In this document: piece by piece, positions 1-8,361 of the stretch
Layout of the letters: every line of letters starts with the position of its first letter
Numbering within the stretch: position 1 is the stretch's first letter
DNA from: Thermoproteus sp.
Lineage (GTDB): Archaea > Thermoproteota > Thermoprotei > Thermoproteales > Thermoproteaceae
Assembly: GCA_049976425.1 (NCBI GenBank)
Contig: JBMFIG010000025.1
Coordinates: 1 to 19,333, forward strand
Reading direction: 5' to 3'
DNA length: 19,333 nt
The notes under the pieces: model-generated
Seen by the model: only the letters and a program-made list of their open reading frames with translations
The model's database searches: none
Told to the model about the DNA's origin: nothing
Made by a program: the position numbers and the translations under genes

Positions 1-1
1 C

Positions 2-355
2 TGTAGAGGGATAGCCGGGGTCTACGAGCCCGGCCTCATAAGGATTAGCTACAGGTCTTCCCTCCCGTCCCTCCTGCACCTATTCGCCCACCACCTACAG
101 GCCGTCGAGATGGGGGAGAGGTTCCTGCAGGCGAGGCGCGCGGAGGCCGAGAGGCTGCCGTGGGAGTTGAGGCCCCTCGAGATCGCGGCCGCCGTGAGGG
201 CCGCCCAGCTCGCCAGGAGGGCCCCGCCGAGGGTCCTAAGGGTGTGGGAAGAGGAGATAAAGCCCAAGATCAAGGAGCTCGACGAGAACCTAGCCCAGCT
301 GAAGGCCGACGTGGAGCAACTCTACAGATACGCCGAGATATACGCGCGGCGTTAG
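2..355 (+). CDS. 5'-truncated hypothetical protein with a zincin (metallopeptidase)-like motif, HExxH degenerated to HLFAH
   Basis: The frame of ORF 110..355 stays open back to base 2: CRGIAGVYEPGLIRISYRSSLPSLLHLFAHHLQAVEMGERF...PWELRPLEIAA... Codon usage is typical of the window, and the C-terminus looks coiled-coil-like. The start lies outside the window. Confidence 0.75.
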   Translation, partial: CRGIAGVYEPGLIRISYRSSLPSLLHLFAHHLQAVEMGERFLQARRAEAERLPWELRPLEIAAAVRAAQLARRAPPRVLRVWEEEIKPKIKELDENLAQLKADVEQLYRYAEIYARR

Positions 356-596
356 CCGCGGAGCGCTAGAGATGCTGAGGACAAGGCAAGAGCTCTCCCA
401 GCCGCGCGCTGAGCGAGGCAGGCACTGCGAAGGCCGGGAGGAGCGACGCGGCGAGGAGAACAGGCGATCGAGATACGAGAAGCAACGCCCTTATTTCCGA
501 AATGCCGGGCGCCATGTCCCAGAAGTAGGCCGCCGCGCCCGGATCTCGCGCCTCCGAGCCGCCTGGATAATAGAAAGTAGGAATTGGCGCATGCAA
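352..596 (-). pseudogene. Possible degraded membrane-protein gene remnant
   Basis: Two minus-strand frames give hydrophobic, protein-like pieces (RALLLVSRSPVLLAASLLPAFAVPASLSA, then AGRALALSSASLALRG*) that would join through a frameshift. No family is recognisable. Confidence 0.25.
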
Positions 597-733
597 TCCT
601 CACGACGCCCTAGCCCATACAACTTCGGGGGCTCTAAATCTCTAGGTACAGTCGCCTAACCATATCGACGTATATGATATTTCCGCGAGAGGAAAAGGTG
701 CCCGTTTAGACGCATCATAGATTGGGGTAGCTA

Positions 734-742
734 AAGTTATAA
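734..742 (+). promoter_or_regulatory. BRE/TATA promoter of PaREP1 (AAAG-TTATAA)
   Basis: TTATAA at 737-742, preceded by an A-rich BRE-like stretch, about 21-26 bp before GTG 763. Confidence 0.7.
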
Positions 743-762
743 GAGGAAGCCGCAACCGCACT

Positions 763-1290
763 GTGGAGTTCCCAGTATTGGCTAAGCCTTGGAGAGATCC
801 TGAGCGGTATAGGGAGGCGCGTATGAGGGAGGCGGAGATTGAGTGTAAACTAGCGCTGGAGTTTCTCTCCGAGAGCTTAGTGAGAAACGCCGCTGGTAAG
901 GCTTTTCAGTGCTGGAAGGCGTACCTGGCGGCTCTGGCGGTGGAAGGGAGGGATATACTGAAGGCTAGGTTCCCCGGTGCAGTGAGGTTGCGTAAGGGGG
1001 AGGAGGTGGAGGAGGTCGAGGACGTCGATGTGGTAATCGCCGTGATGCCGACTACGAGGATGGCCGAGGTCGCGGCTTTGCTGTCGCGGAGGTTTGGCGA
1101 AGATGTATTGAAAAACACATTTCTCGCGCTGGAGCTACATAGATATCAATACAACGGCCCCGACCCCGAGGCCGTGATTTCTAACGTGCCGGACGACTCA
1201 ACGGCGGCTAGGCTCATCTGCGTCTTGACGGGATATCTGGCGATGCGTTCAGAAGATCTTAAAAAGATATATGTCAATGTCTGTAAATAA
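763..1290 (+). CDS. PaREP1 family protein (HEPN superfamily)
   Basis: Motifs EAxxExxLAxEFL...RNAAGKAFQxWKA, MPTT and ALELHRYQYNG are typical of Thermoproteales PaREP1 proteins. It has its own TATA box. Confidence 0.85.
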   Translation: MEFPVLAKPWRDPERYREARMREAEIECKLALEFLSESLVRNAAGKAFQCWKAYLAALAVEGRDILKARFPGAVRLRKGEEVEEVEDVDVVIAVMPTTRMAEVAALLSRRFGEDVLKNTFLALELHRYQYNGPDPEAVISNVPDDSTAARLICVLTGYLAMRSEDLKKIYVNVCK

Positions 1291-1391
1291 AATTATAAAA
1301 TTTGGGGATTATAGCTCTCGGGCTAGTTTAACAGTCTCATAGATTACCGGCCGCGACTGGATACCGTAGCTGTGAAAACTGCATAGGCGGC

Positions 1392-1735
1392 TTAGGCATG
1401 AGGAGTGGAACGAGCGGTGCTAACACCGTTGTTGCCCCGATCCGTCGCGGAGCACAGCGACTTAATAGACACAGAATGAACGTCCTTGCGCAACAGATCT
1501 CCGACGGGCACCGCCACTGCTACATCTAAGGTACGGCGGCTACGTGGAGGGTTTCCAGCCAATCTGGATGCTACTACATCTCTGGGGAAATAACGCCACA
1601 TAGCTAAGGGCGATCGCAACGACCAAGGGCAGGCCGTACAGCCTCTCTTCATCTACAGCCCCGCCAAGCTTCTCTGCATAGGACGCGGTCGCCATGGCGC
1701 CTATCCATCCAGACGCCGCGCCGGCCTCTCGAGCG
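1392..1735 (-). pseudogene. Possible frameshifted gene remnant
   Basis: About 450 bp with no convincing gene in an otherwise dense window. Minus-strand fragments REAGAASGWIGAMATASYAEKLGGAVDEERLYGLPLVVAIALSYVALF and RDVVASRLAGNPP..LDVAVAVPVGDLL lie in different frames. Confidence 0.25.
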
Positions 1736-1745
1736 GGGCGGTGCG

Positions 1746-1754
1746 TTTTTATAT
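1746..1754 (+). promoter_or_regulatory. TATA box of dehydrogenase gene
   Basis: TTTTTATAT 20-28 bp before ATG 1774. Confidence 0.7.
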
Positions 1755-1773
1755 CCTCACCGGTGTCTGGGGC

Positions 1774-2628
1774 ATGAGGGTTGGGTTTATCGGTTTGGGG
1801 ATCATGGGAGGGCCTATGGCGAGGCACCTCCACAAGGCCGGCTTCCTGTCGGCCGTCTACAACAGGACTAGGGCCAAGGCAGAGCCCTTCGGGAAGCTGG
1901 GGGTCTACGTCGCCGAGTCTCCCGCCGACCTCGCGAAGAGGGTCGACGTGGTGATCGAGATGGTGTCCGACGCGCCCGACGTGGAGCAAGTCCTCTTCGG
2001 GCCCGGCGGCGTGGTGGAGGGAGCTAGGCCCGGCCTCGTGGTCGTCGACATGTCGACGAACTCGCCCGACTGGGCCAGGAGCTTCGCCGAGCGCCTCGCG
2101 GCGCGCGGGATCGACTTCCTCGACGCCCCCGTCACGGGCGGCCAGAAGGGGGCGGAGGAGGGCACTCTCACCGTCATGGTGGGGGGCCGGGAGGACCTCT
2201 TCCAGCGGCTCCTCCCCGTGTTCAAGGCCTTCGCGAAGGAGGTGATCTACGCGGGGCCTGTGGGCTACGGCCAGGCCATGAAGCTCGTGAACCAAGTGGT
2301 CATAGCCCTCAACACAATAGCCATGGTCGAGGGGCTGAGGCTCGCCGAGGCTCTCGGGCTGGATATCGACAAGGTGGCGAGGCTCTTGACTGTGGGGGCG
2401 GCCAGGTCGGGCTCCATAGAGCTGTATCTGCCCAAGCTCCTCAAGGGCGACCTCTCGCCGGGGTTCAAGGCGGCCCACCTCAAGAAGGATCTGGCCTACG
2501 CCATGGAGATAGCCAACAGGAAGAGCCTCTCGCTCCCGGCCTCGGCCCTCGCGCTGGAGCTCTACAAGAAGATGGTGGAAAAGGGCCTAGGGGAGCTGGG
2601 CATACACGCCTTGGGCAAGGCGTATTGA
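1774..2628 (+). CDS. NAD(P)-dependent beta-hydroxyacid dehydrogenase (3-hydroxyisobutyrate dehydrogenase / 2-hydroxy-3-oxopropionate reductase family)
   Basis: Rossmann motif GFIGLGIMGGPMA, substrate motif DAPVTGG, catalytic Lys in GQAMKLVNQ, and C-terminal F...KDL. Start moved to ATG 1774 because of the TATA position and the MRVGFIGLG N-terminus. Confidence 0.93.
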   Translation: MRVGFIGLGIMGGPMARHLHKAGFLSAVYNRTRAKAEPFGKLGVYVAESPADLAKRVDVVIEMVSDAPDVEQVLFGPGGVVEGARPGLVVVDMSTNSPDWARSFAERLAARGIDFLDAPVTGGQKGAEEGTLTVMVGGREDLFQRLLPVFKAFAKEVIYAGPVGYGQAMKLVNQVVIALNTIAMVEGLRLAEALGLDIDKVARLLTVGAARSGSIELYLPKLLKGDLSPGFKAAHLKKDLAYAMEIANRKSLSLPASALALELYKKMVEKGLGELGIHALGKAY

Positions 2629-2667
2629 GCCCTCCGCAACTATTTAATACTCCGCCTAGGCGGGTCC

Positions 2668-3009
2668 GTGGGCTTTCTCCTAGAAAACTCCAGATCGTTC
2701 TGGCGCGCGGCTGAGGCCATGTTGGAGGCCGGCGAGTACAACCTCGCTCTCTTCCACATAGAGCAGGCGTTGCAGCTCTGCCTTAAGTACAAGATCTACG
2801 AGAGGTACGGGGATTTCCCCAAGACGCACAGCCTCAAGCTCCTGTTGGCGGAGGTCGGCGGCCAGATCCCGTTGGATCCCGTTGTGATCGACCTCCTCGA
2901 AGACGCCTATATAGGCTCGCGGTACCTCCCCGTGCGCTACTCGCAAGAAAGCGCGCGGCGGGCCTATCTGGAGGTTGAGAGGGCGCTCCGCGCTCTGTCA
3001 TGTCTATAG
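2668..3009 (+). CDS. HEPN domain protein (COG2250-type), partner of the downstream MNT
   Basis: YNLALFHIEQALQLCLK, KTHSL and YIGSRY. TATTTAATA at 2641-2649 lies upstream. Overlaps the MNT gene by 10 bp. Confidence 0.88.
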   Translation: MGFLLENSRSFWRAAEAMLEAGEYNLALFHIEQALQLCLKYKIYERYGDFPKTHSLKLLLAEVGGQIPLDPVVIDLLEDAYIGSRYLPVRYSQESARRAYLEVERALRALSCL

Positions 3010-3338
3010 AGCTTTTCAGACGGCTCTGGGCGAGGAGGGCCGAGGAGCTGGAGAGGCTCTGGGCCGTTCTAGAGAGGCTGAAGGCGCGGGCCAGAGAGCT
3101 CGACCCGGATGCCCACGTCTACGTCTTCGGGAGCTTCGCGCGGGGGAGCCCGAGGCCCGACAGCGACGTCGACGTGCTGGTGGTGACGCGCCTCGCCTCC
3201 ACAGAGGAGGGGCGCATACGCGTGAGGGCCGAGCTCGGCGGCGTCCTCAGCCCCTACTCGCCGGTGGAGCTCCACGTGGTCGCGCCGGAGCAACTCGGGT
3301 GGTACCTCCAGTTCATGGACGTCTTCGTGGAGATATAG
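3000..3338 (+). CDS. Minimal nucleotidyltransferase (MNT), putative antitoxin
   Basis: VYVFGSFARGSPRPDSDVDVLV matches GS-x10-DxD, with a downstream VELHVV strand. Confidence 0.9.
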   Translation: MSIELFRRLWARRAEELERLWAVLERLKARARELDPDAHVYVFGSFARGSPRPDSDVDVLVVTRLASTEEGRIRVRAELGGVLSPYSPVELHVVAPEQLGWYLQFMDVFVEI

Positions 3339-3493
3339 GTCGTAGAGAGGCGACGGGCCCATGCCCCAATACGCGCAGAGCGGCGTGTCGCCGAATCCTC
3401 GGCCGTCGCACGGCCCTCTATCGGCGTGGTCTGCCACGGCAAATACGCCCCGTGGCGTGGACCTGCCGGCGGGGGTCGAAGGCGTCCGGCCTG

Positions 3494-4612
3494 TCACTCG
3501 ACGTCGAGGAAGGCTTGGTATATCGCGGCGGATGCTACGGAGAGGGCCCCCGCGAATATCCAGAGTGCCTTGAAGCCGATGGCGGCGACTATCGCCGAGG
3601 CTATCGGCGGCGCCACGGCCCCGCTCAGTTGCCAGAACAGGTTGGCCGTGCCGGCAACGCTTCCGGCCGACTCCCCGCCGATCTTGGAGACAGCCGTGGA
3701 GTTGGCGGGGGTTATGACGAACCTCACGAAGCCCATAGCCGCGGCCACTGGGAACACTGCGGCGGGGCCCGCGGCGAGGGCGGCGACGAGCGCGCCGTAT
3801 ATCCCCTCGAAGGCCGCGAGCGTCCTCTTGACGCCCAGCCTCCTCATGATGTACCCGGCCGCGACGGTGGCGGGGATGCCGAGGAGCGCCGTCATGGAGT
3901 AGGCGAGGCCCGCGTAGTAGTCGTTGAGGCCTATGTCCAGGAAGTACTTATACGCGTACAGCGTCACCGTCCAGTACGCGGCGAAGAATAGGAACCCGGC
4001 CGCGCTAACGACGGCCACGCCGTTGCCGAACGACAGCCGCCGGACCTGCCCAGAGCCGACTACGGCGGACGTGCGCAGGGGCATATACGCCAGCGCCAGG
4101 GCGGCGGAGGCCGCCGCTATCATGTAGTAGTCCCACCGCCACCCCAGCGATATGCTGACCGCCGGGAGGGCTAGGCCCGAGAGGACGACCGAGAGAGGCC
4201 AGGCTAGGCTGTAGTAGCCCATGGCGACGGGCAACTCGCCGCCGCGGAACTCCGAGCTGAGGAGCTTGACTGTGGCCGGGTATATCCACCCCGCGGCGAG
4301 CCCCATGGCTAGGCTCGCGGCGTATTCGACCTCCATGTCGGGCGCAAGCCCCGAGAGCGCGGAGGCCCCCGCGAGGCCGAGCAACGCAGCCGAGGCGATG
4401 CGGGCGGGGCCGAGCCTGTCGGACAGCACGCCCGCAGGTATCTGGACCGCCACATAGCCCGCGAAGAACAAGGCGAAGACTATGCCGTTTTGGTAGACAG
4501 TCGGCCGCAAGTCGGAGTAGGCCGACGCTATGCTCCAGGCGAGGCGGGAGAAGTAGCTCATGAAGAAGGAGGCCGAGGCGAGCGCCACCAAGGCGGCCTT
4601 TCTCGGGCCCAT
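3494..4612 (-). CDS. MFS transporter
   Basis: About 12 hydrophobic segments, motif A-like GVLSDRLGPAR, and LGWRW. TATA-like AAAAATATA (minus strand) at 4628-4636. Confidence 0.9.
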   Translation of the reverse strand: MGPRKAALVALASASFFMSYFSRLAWSIASAYSDLRPTVYQNGIVFALFFAGYVAVQIPAGVLSDRLGPARIASAALLGLAGASALSGLAPDMEVEYAASLAMGLAAGWIYPATVKLLSSEFRGGELPVAMGYYSLAWPLSVVLSGLALPAVSISLGWRWDYYMIAAASAALALAYMPLRTSAVVGSGQVRRLSFGNGVAVVSAAGFLFFAAYWTVTLYAYKYFLDIGLNDYYAGLAYSMTALLGIPATVAAGYIMRRLGVKRTLAAFEGIYGALVAALAAGPAAVFPVAAAMGFVRFVITPANSTAVSKIGGESAGSVAGTANLFWQLSGAVAPPIASAIVAAIGFKALWIFAGALSVASAAIYQAFLDVE

Positions 4613-4642
4613 TCCCCGACCTACCCGTATATTTTTCGTCTC

Positions 4643-6145
4643 CTAGACATAGCCCTCCTCGGCCAGCCTGTTGGCGACCCAACTCCAGAGAGGCGCGCCC
4701 GCCGCCACAGCCACGGCGAGCAATGCGGCTGAGAGCGCCAGAAGCGCGACTGTCCAGACGTCCGCGGCCAGCGACAAGGCGGTTGATAGTTGCGGAAGCT
4801 CGGACGCGGCCACCGCCATGGCGAAGGGAGCCATCGTGGCGGCCACGTACACGAACTCGGCGGCGCTGGCGAGCACCGCCTTCAACGAAAGGGTCTGTTG
4901 CCTCTGCGGGAGCCCCAGCTCTCTGATCTGCGGCACGCCGATATACGCGGCGGCGATCCAGCCCATGAGCGGGTAAAGGAGCACGGCCGACGCCAGGCCG
5001 GCCGCCAGATACAGCGAGGGCCCGAAACGCAGGCTCTGCACAGCGTAGACGGCTATCCAAGGCGCGAGCACAGCCGCGGCAGACGCCGTCCTCGCCAGCG
5101 ATCTGTATCTAAAATAGGCGTGGGGATCCGCGGAGAGGCTAAGCCAGAGCCGCTCCTCGGCGACTGCCCCGATGGAGAAGACGGCCACTAAGAGCTGTAT
5201 TGTGTAGTAGACGAGGCCTGCGGTTATGGCTAGACCTATCCTGTCGTTGATAAACAGAGTCGCGGCGTAGTACAGAGCCGCCGTAGCCGCCGAGATGTAG
5301 ATCCCCAACTTAAGGGCGTTTATGCGCTGGAGCACCTCGACGGAGCCGTGCGGCGTCTTGACCGTCTTGACCCTGGCGCCGAGAGCCGTCGTCGCCCAGA
5401 CGACCTCCCACGGCGTTCTGCCCAGCCTGGGCCGGCCCGCCATGACGGCCTCCGCCATCCGTTGAGGATATAGCGACATCAGCTCCGAAGGCCTTCCGAG
5501 GAGCCCGTAGGCGTTGGTCGCCAGCTCCTCCACATATCTGCGGGGCATCGCGACGATCATGGCGGCGGCCAGCGCGGCGGAGTACGCCGCGTATATCGGC
5601 GACGGGTCGACGAGTCCGTAGAGAGGCGACAGCGGAGGGTCGAGGAAGGATAGGGCCGCGGCCGCCGCGAAGTAGGCCAGATAGAACGACTTGGCTTTCC
5701 AAGGAAGGAGAGGGGCGTTTGCAACCGCCAGCGCGAGGGAGGCCGAGTTGGCCAGGAGCGCCAGGGCGTACCAAGGCGCGTTCGAAGGCGCGGCGAACGA
5801 GAACGTGAAGGAGGCGAGCATCAAGGCGAAGCCCAGACCCGCTATGGCCGTCCTCATGAGTAAGAACTCCCACGGGCTTACGGGAGCGGTGAAGTAGAAG
5901 TCTATCTCGGACTTAGATAGGGCCAACCTCCCGCCTACGGCGGAGGACAGAGCCATCAGCGCCTGCAGAAAGCCCAATAGCTGGACGGCGGCCGCGGCGT
6001 CCATCCCGGCCCCTCCCCTATATACGAAGACGGCCAACGCGACGAGGAAGACGACTGAGGCTATGGAGCTCCGGCCGAAGGACTGTTTGAAGTATAGGTA
6101 GTACCTCCGCCAAACTCTCCTCCCCCGTCCGCCCGGCCTAGACAT
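4643..6145 (-). CDS. ABC exporter membrane subunit (~500 aa, multi-TM), paralog of 6138..7625
   Basis: Highly hydrophobic. KSEIDFYFTAPVSP is an ABC-2-like coupling motif. Overlaps the upstream paralog by 8 bp and lies downstream of the ABC ATPase. Confidence 0.8.
   Translation of the reverse strand: MSRPGGRGRRVWRRYYLYFKQSFGRSSIASVVFLVALAVFVYRGGAGMDAAAAVQLLGFLQALMALSSAVGGRLALSKSEIDFYFTAPVSPWEFLLMRTAIAGLGFALMLASFTFSFAAPSNAPWYALALLANSASLALAVANAPLLPWKAKSFYLAYFAAAAALSFLDPPLSPLYGLVDPSPIYAAYSAALAAAMIVAMPRRYVEELATNAYGLLGRPSELMSLYPQRMAEAVMAGRPRLGRTPWEVVWATTALGARVKTVKTPHGSVEVLQRINALKLGIYISAATAALYYAATLFINDRIGLAITAGLVYYTIQLLVAVFSIGAVAEERLWLSLSADPHAYFRYRSLARTASAAAVLAPWIAVYAVQSLRFGPSLYLAAGLASAVLLYPLMGWIAAAYIGVPQIRELGLPQRQQTLSLKAVLASAAEFVYVAATMAPFAMAVAASELPQLSTALSLAADVWTVALLALSAALLAVAVAAGAPLWSWVANRLAEEGYV
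5562..5629. repeat. 68-bp exact direct repeat, copy 1 (copy 2 at 7048..7115)
   Basis: gcggcggccagcgcggcggagtacgccgcgtatatcggcgacgggtcgacgagtccgtagagaggcga is identical in both permease genes, offset by 1486 bp. Confidence 0.95.
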
Positions 6146-7625
6146 AGCCGTTCTCTGACAGGTAACTGACGAAGCGGTCCCACACGGCTGAGGCCTTCGG
6201 CGAGACGGCGGTGAGGTAGAAGAATAAGGCCGACAGCGCCAGCAGGAGGGCGGCCGCGGCGTCGGCGGCTAGGTAGAACACCGGCGCGAGGACTACGAGG
6301 CGCGATGCCGCGACGGCGAGCCCGAAGGGCGTGGCCAGTATTGCGAAGAAAGCGATCGCCAAGGCCCCGATTAAGGCGTTGCGCAAGGTCGCCTTGAAGG
6401 GCGCCGCCGTGAGGCCCAGCTCCCTGACCTGCGGTAGCTTGGAGTAGCCTGAGGCAAGCCAGCTCGCGGCTGGCAGAGTCAAGGCGGCCGAGGCCACGGC
6501 GGGGGCTAGGTAGATTGCGGGCGGGAAGAACGACGACTCTAGGGCATAGGCGGCGGCCCACGGCGCGAGGGCCATCGCCACCACGACGGCCCTTGCGCGC
6601 ATCCTGAGCTTGAAGTAGGCCGCCGGCTCGGAGACGACGCTGAGCCAGAGCCTCTCCGAGGCGAGGGTGGATCCGGCGAAGGCGAATGAGTAGAGGGAGA
6701 GCATGTAGAACGACATTAGGGTGTACGTGAGGAGTAAGTAGGGCTCGTGTATGAAATGCGCGGCTACGTAGTACGCGGCGGCGCCGCCGGCCGACATGGG
6801 CAGAACGATCTTGAACACGTTCACTCTCTTCAGAGCCACGAAGCCGCCCTGGGGCATATTCAACCTATATCTGAACGACGCGTTGACCGAGGTGGCCCAG
6901 ACGGCCCTCCAGGGCGTAGGCCCTATCCGTACCCCGTACACGGCCGAGGGGGATCTACGGATGGCGGGTTCCCCCGGGAGTCCGAGGACCCCGTAGGCGT
7001 CCGTCGCGATCTCGGCCAGAGTCCTGCGCGGGGCGGCTAGAAAGGCCGCGGCGGCCAGCGCGGCGGAGTACGCCGCGTATATCGGCGACGGGTCGACGAG
7101 TCCGTAGAGAGGCGAGAGCTCCGGCCTCGCCAATGACAACGCGGCCGCAACGCCGGCGGAGGCCCCATAGGCGATCTTAAGCCTCAGCGGGGCCAGGCTG
7201 GCGGTCGTCGTCATTAGGGCGAAGAACGCCGTGTTGAACAAGAGAGTTGCCAGCGCCGCGGCCAGGCCGTATGGGTCGGGGCGGAGGAGGGGGACCGTAT
7301 ACGCCGCGAAGACGAGGAGGTAGGGGATCGCCAGCGCGACGGCCTTCAGGAGGTATATCTCAAATGGATCCACGGGCGCGGCGAGGACGAAGTCTACCTC
7401 TGACTTGTATATCGCAATGGAGCTCAGCACCGTCGTGAGGATCAGCGATAAGGTAAAGAACGCCAGCAATATCGTGACCGCTACGTATGTCGCGGGTCCT
7501 CTGTCGGCCGCAATGAGCGTGGCCATTGCAATGAAATACGCCGCATACGTCCCGAGGAACCACTTGCTGTAGAGCTGCTTGACGTAGAGCCTGAAAACCC
7601 TCCAAGCCCTGCCGGCCCGCATCAC
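6138..7625 (-). CDS. ABC exporter membrane subunit (~495 aa, multi-TM)
   Basis: KSEVDFVLAAPVDP, ERLWLS, PQVRELGL and ENGYV* have close counterparts in the downstream paralog. The start overlaps the ATPase stop (GTGA). Confidence 0.8.
   Translation of the reverse strand: MMRAGRAWRVFRLYVKQLYSKWFLGTYAAYFIAMATLIAADRGPATYVAVTILLAFFTLSLILTTVLSSIAIYKSEVDFVLAAPVDPFEIYLLKAVALAIPYLLVFAAYTVPLLRPDPYGLAAALATLLFNTAFFALMTTTASLAPLRLKIAYGASAGVAAALSLARPELSPLYGLVDPSPIYAAYSAALAAAAFLAAPRRTLAEIATDAYGVLGLPGEPAIRRSPSAVYGVRIGPTPWRAVWATSVNASFRYRLNMPQGGFVALKRVNVFKIVLPMSAGGAAAYYVAAHFIHEPYLLLTYTLMSFYMLSLYSFAFAGSTLASERLWLSVVSEPAAYFKLRMRARAVVVAMALAPWAAAYALESSFFPPAIYLAPAVASAALTLPAASWLASGYSKLPQVRELGLTAAPFKATLRNALIGALAIAFFAILATPFGLAVAASRLVVLAPVFYLAADAAAALLLALSALFFYLTAVSPKASAVWDRFVSYLSENGYV
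7048..7115. repeat. 68-bp exact direct repeat, copy 2
   Basis: Identical to 5562..5629, within the shared peptide LSPLYGLVDPSPIYAAYSAALAAA. Confidence 0.95.
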
Positions 7626-8332
7626 CGCATGAGCCTCGCGACGACCTCCTCTATCCTCTCGCCGGCATCCTGCGCCATGGCCTTGAGCTCCTCCATGGTG
7701 CCGCGCCAGACTATCCTCCCTCTGTTTATCACGAAGACGTCCTTCGCCAGCCTCTCGGCTATCGCCATTATGTGGGTGGACACGAGCAGAGCGGCCCCCG
7801 CGGCGTTCATCTCCTTGAGCATCTTTATCACGGACTCCTGGGCAGGTATGTCGAGGTAGTTGAGCGGCTCGTCGAGCAGTAGGACCCTAGGCTTGTGGAC
7901 TATCGCCAGCGCGAGGGCCAGCCTCTGCCTATTGCCGCGCGAGAGCGACGAGGCCAGCTTGCCCTCGAGCTCCTCTAGGCCCAGGGCCTTAATGGCCCAG
8001 TCTACGGCCGAGTCGTCTATCCCGCGGAGCGCCGCAACGTATTCGAGGTTCTCCCTCACGGTCAGGTTGAGGAAAGGCACGGCGTCCTCGGGCAGAAAGC
8101 CCATACAGGCCTTGGCCTCCTTGGGCCGGCGCTGGACGTCGTATCCGCAGATCTTGGCCGACCCCTCGTCGGGCTTGAGGAGGCCGGCCAATATCCTTAA
8201 GGTGGTGGATTTACCCGCGCCGTTGGGGCCCAGAAGGGCCGCCGCGCCGCCGCACGGCACCTCGAACGACACACCGTCCAGGGCCACGGTCCTGCCGTAC
8301 CTCTTCTTGAGGCCCTCGGCGGATATACACAC
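7622..8332 (-). CDS. ABC transporter ATP-binding protein (ABC-2/multidrug-type)
   Basis: Walker A GPNGAGKST, signature LSRGNRQR, Walker B LLLDEP, and H-loop VSTH. Start placed at GTG 8332, about 19-27 bp after the TTTTTAAAA box at 8351-8359. ATG 8350 is an alternative. Confidence 0.93.
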   Translation of the reverse strand: MCISAEGLKKRYGRTVALDGVSFEVPCGGAAALLGPNGAGKSTTLRILAGLLKPDEGSAKICGYDVQRRPKEAKACMGFLPEDAVPFLNLTVRENLEYVAALRGIDDSAVDWAIKALGLEELEGKLASSLSRGNRQRLALALAIVHKPRVLLLDEPLNYLDIPAQESVIKMLKEMNAAGAALLVSTHIMAIAERLAKDVFVINRGRIVWRGTMEELKAMAQDAGERIEEVVARLMR

Positions 8333-8361
8333 GGCCGGAGAAACGCCCATTTTTAAAAACT

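Noticed and set aside
1540-2478. 312-aa minus-strand ORF
   Set aside because: Antisense shadow of the dehydrogenase gene. Only its last ~65 codons might be a remnant.
2975-5060. Long Arg/Gly-rich ORFs 2975..3991 (+) and 4005..5060 (-)
   Set aside because: Off-frame or antisense to well-supported genes, with composition typical of GC-rich shadow ORFs.
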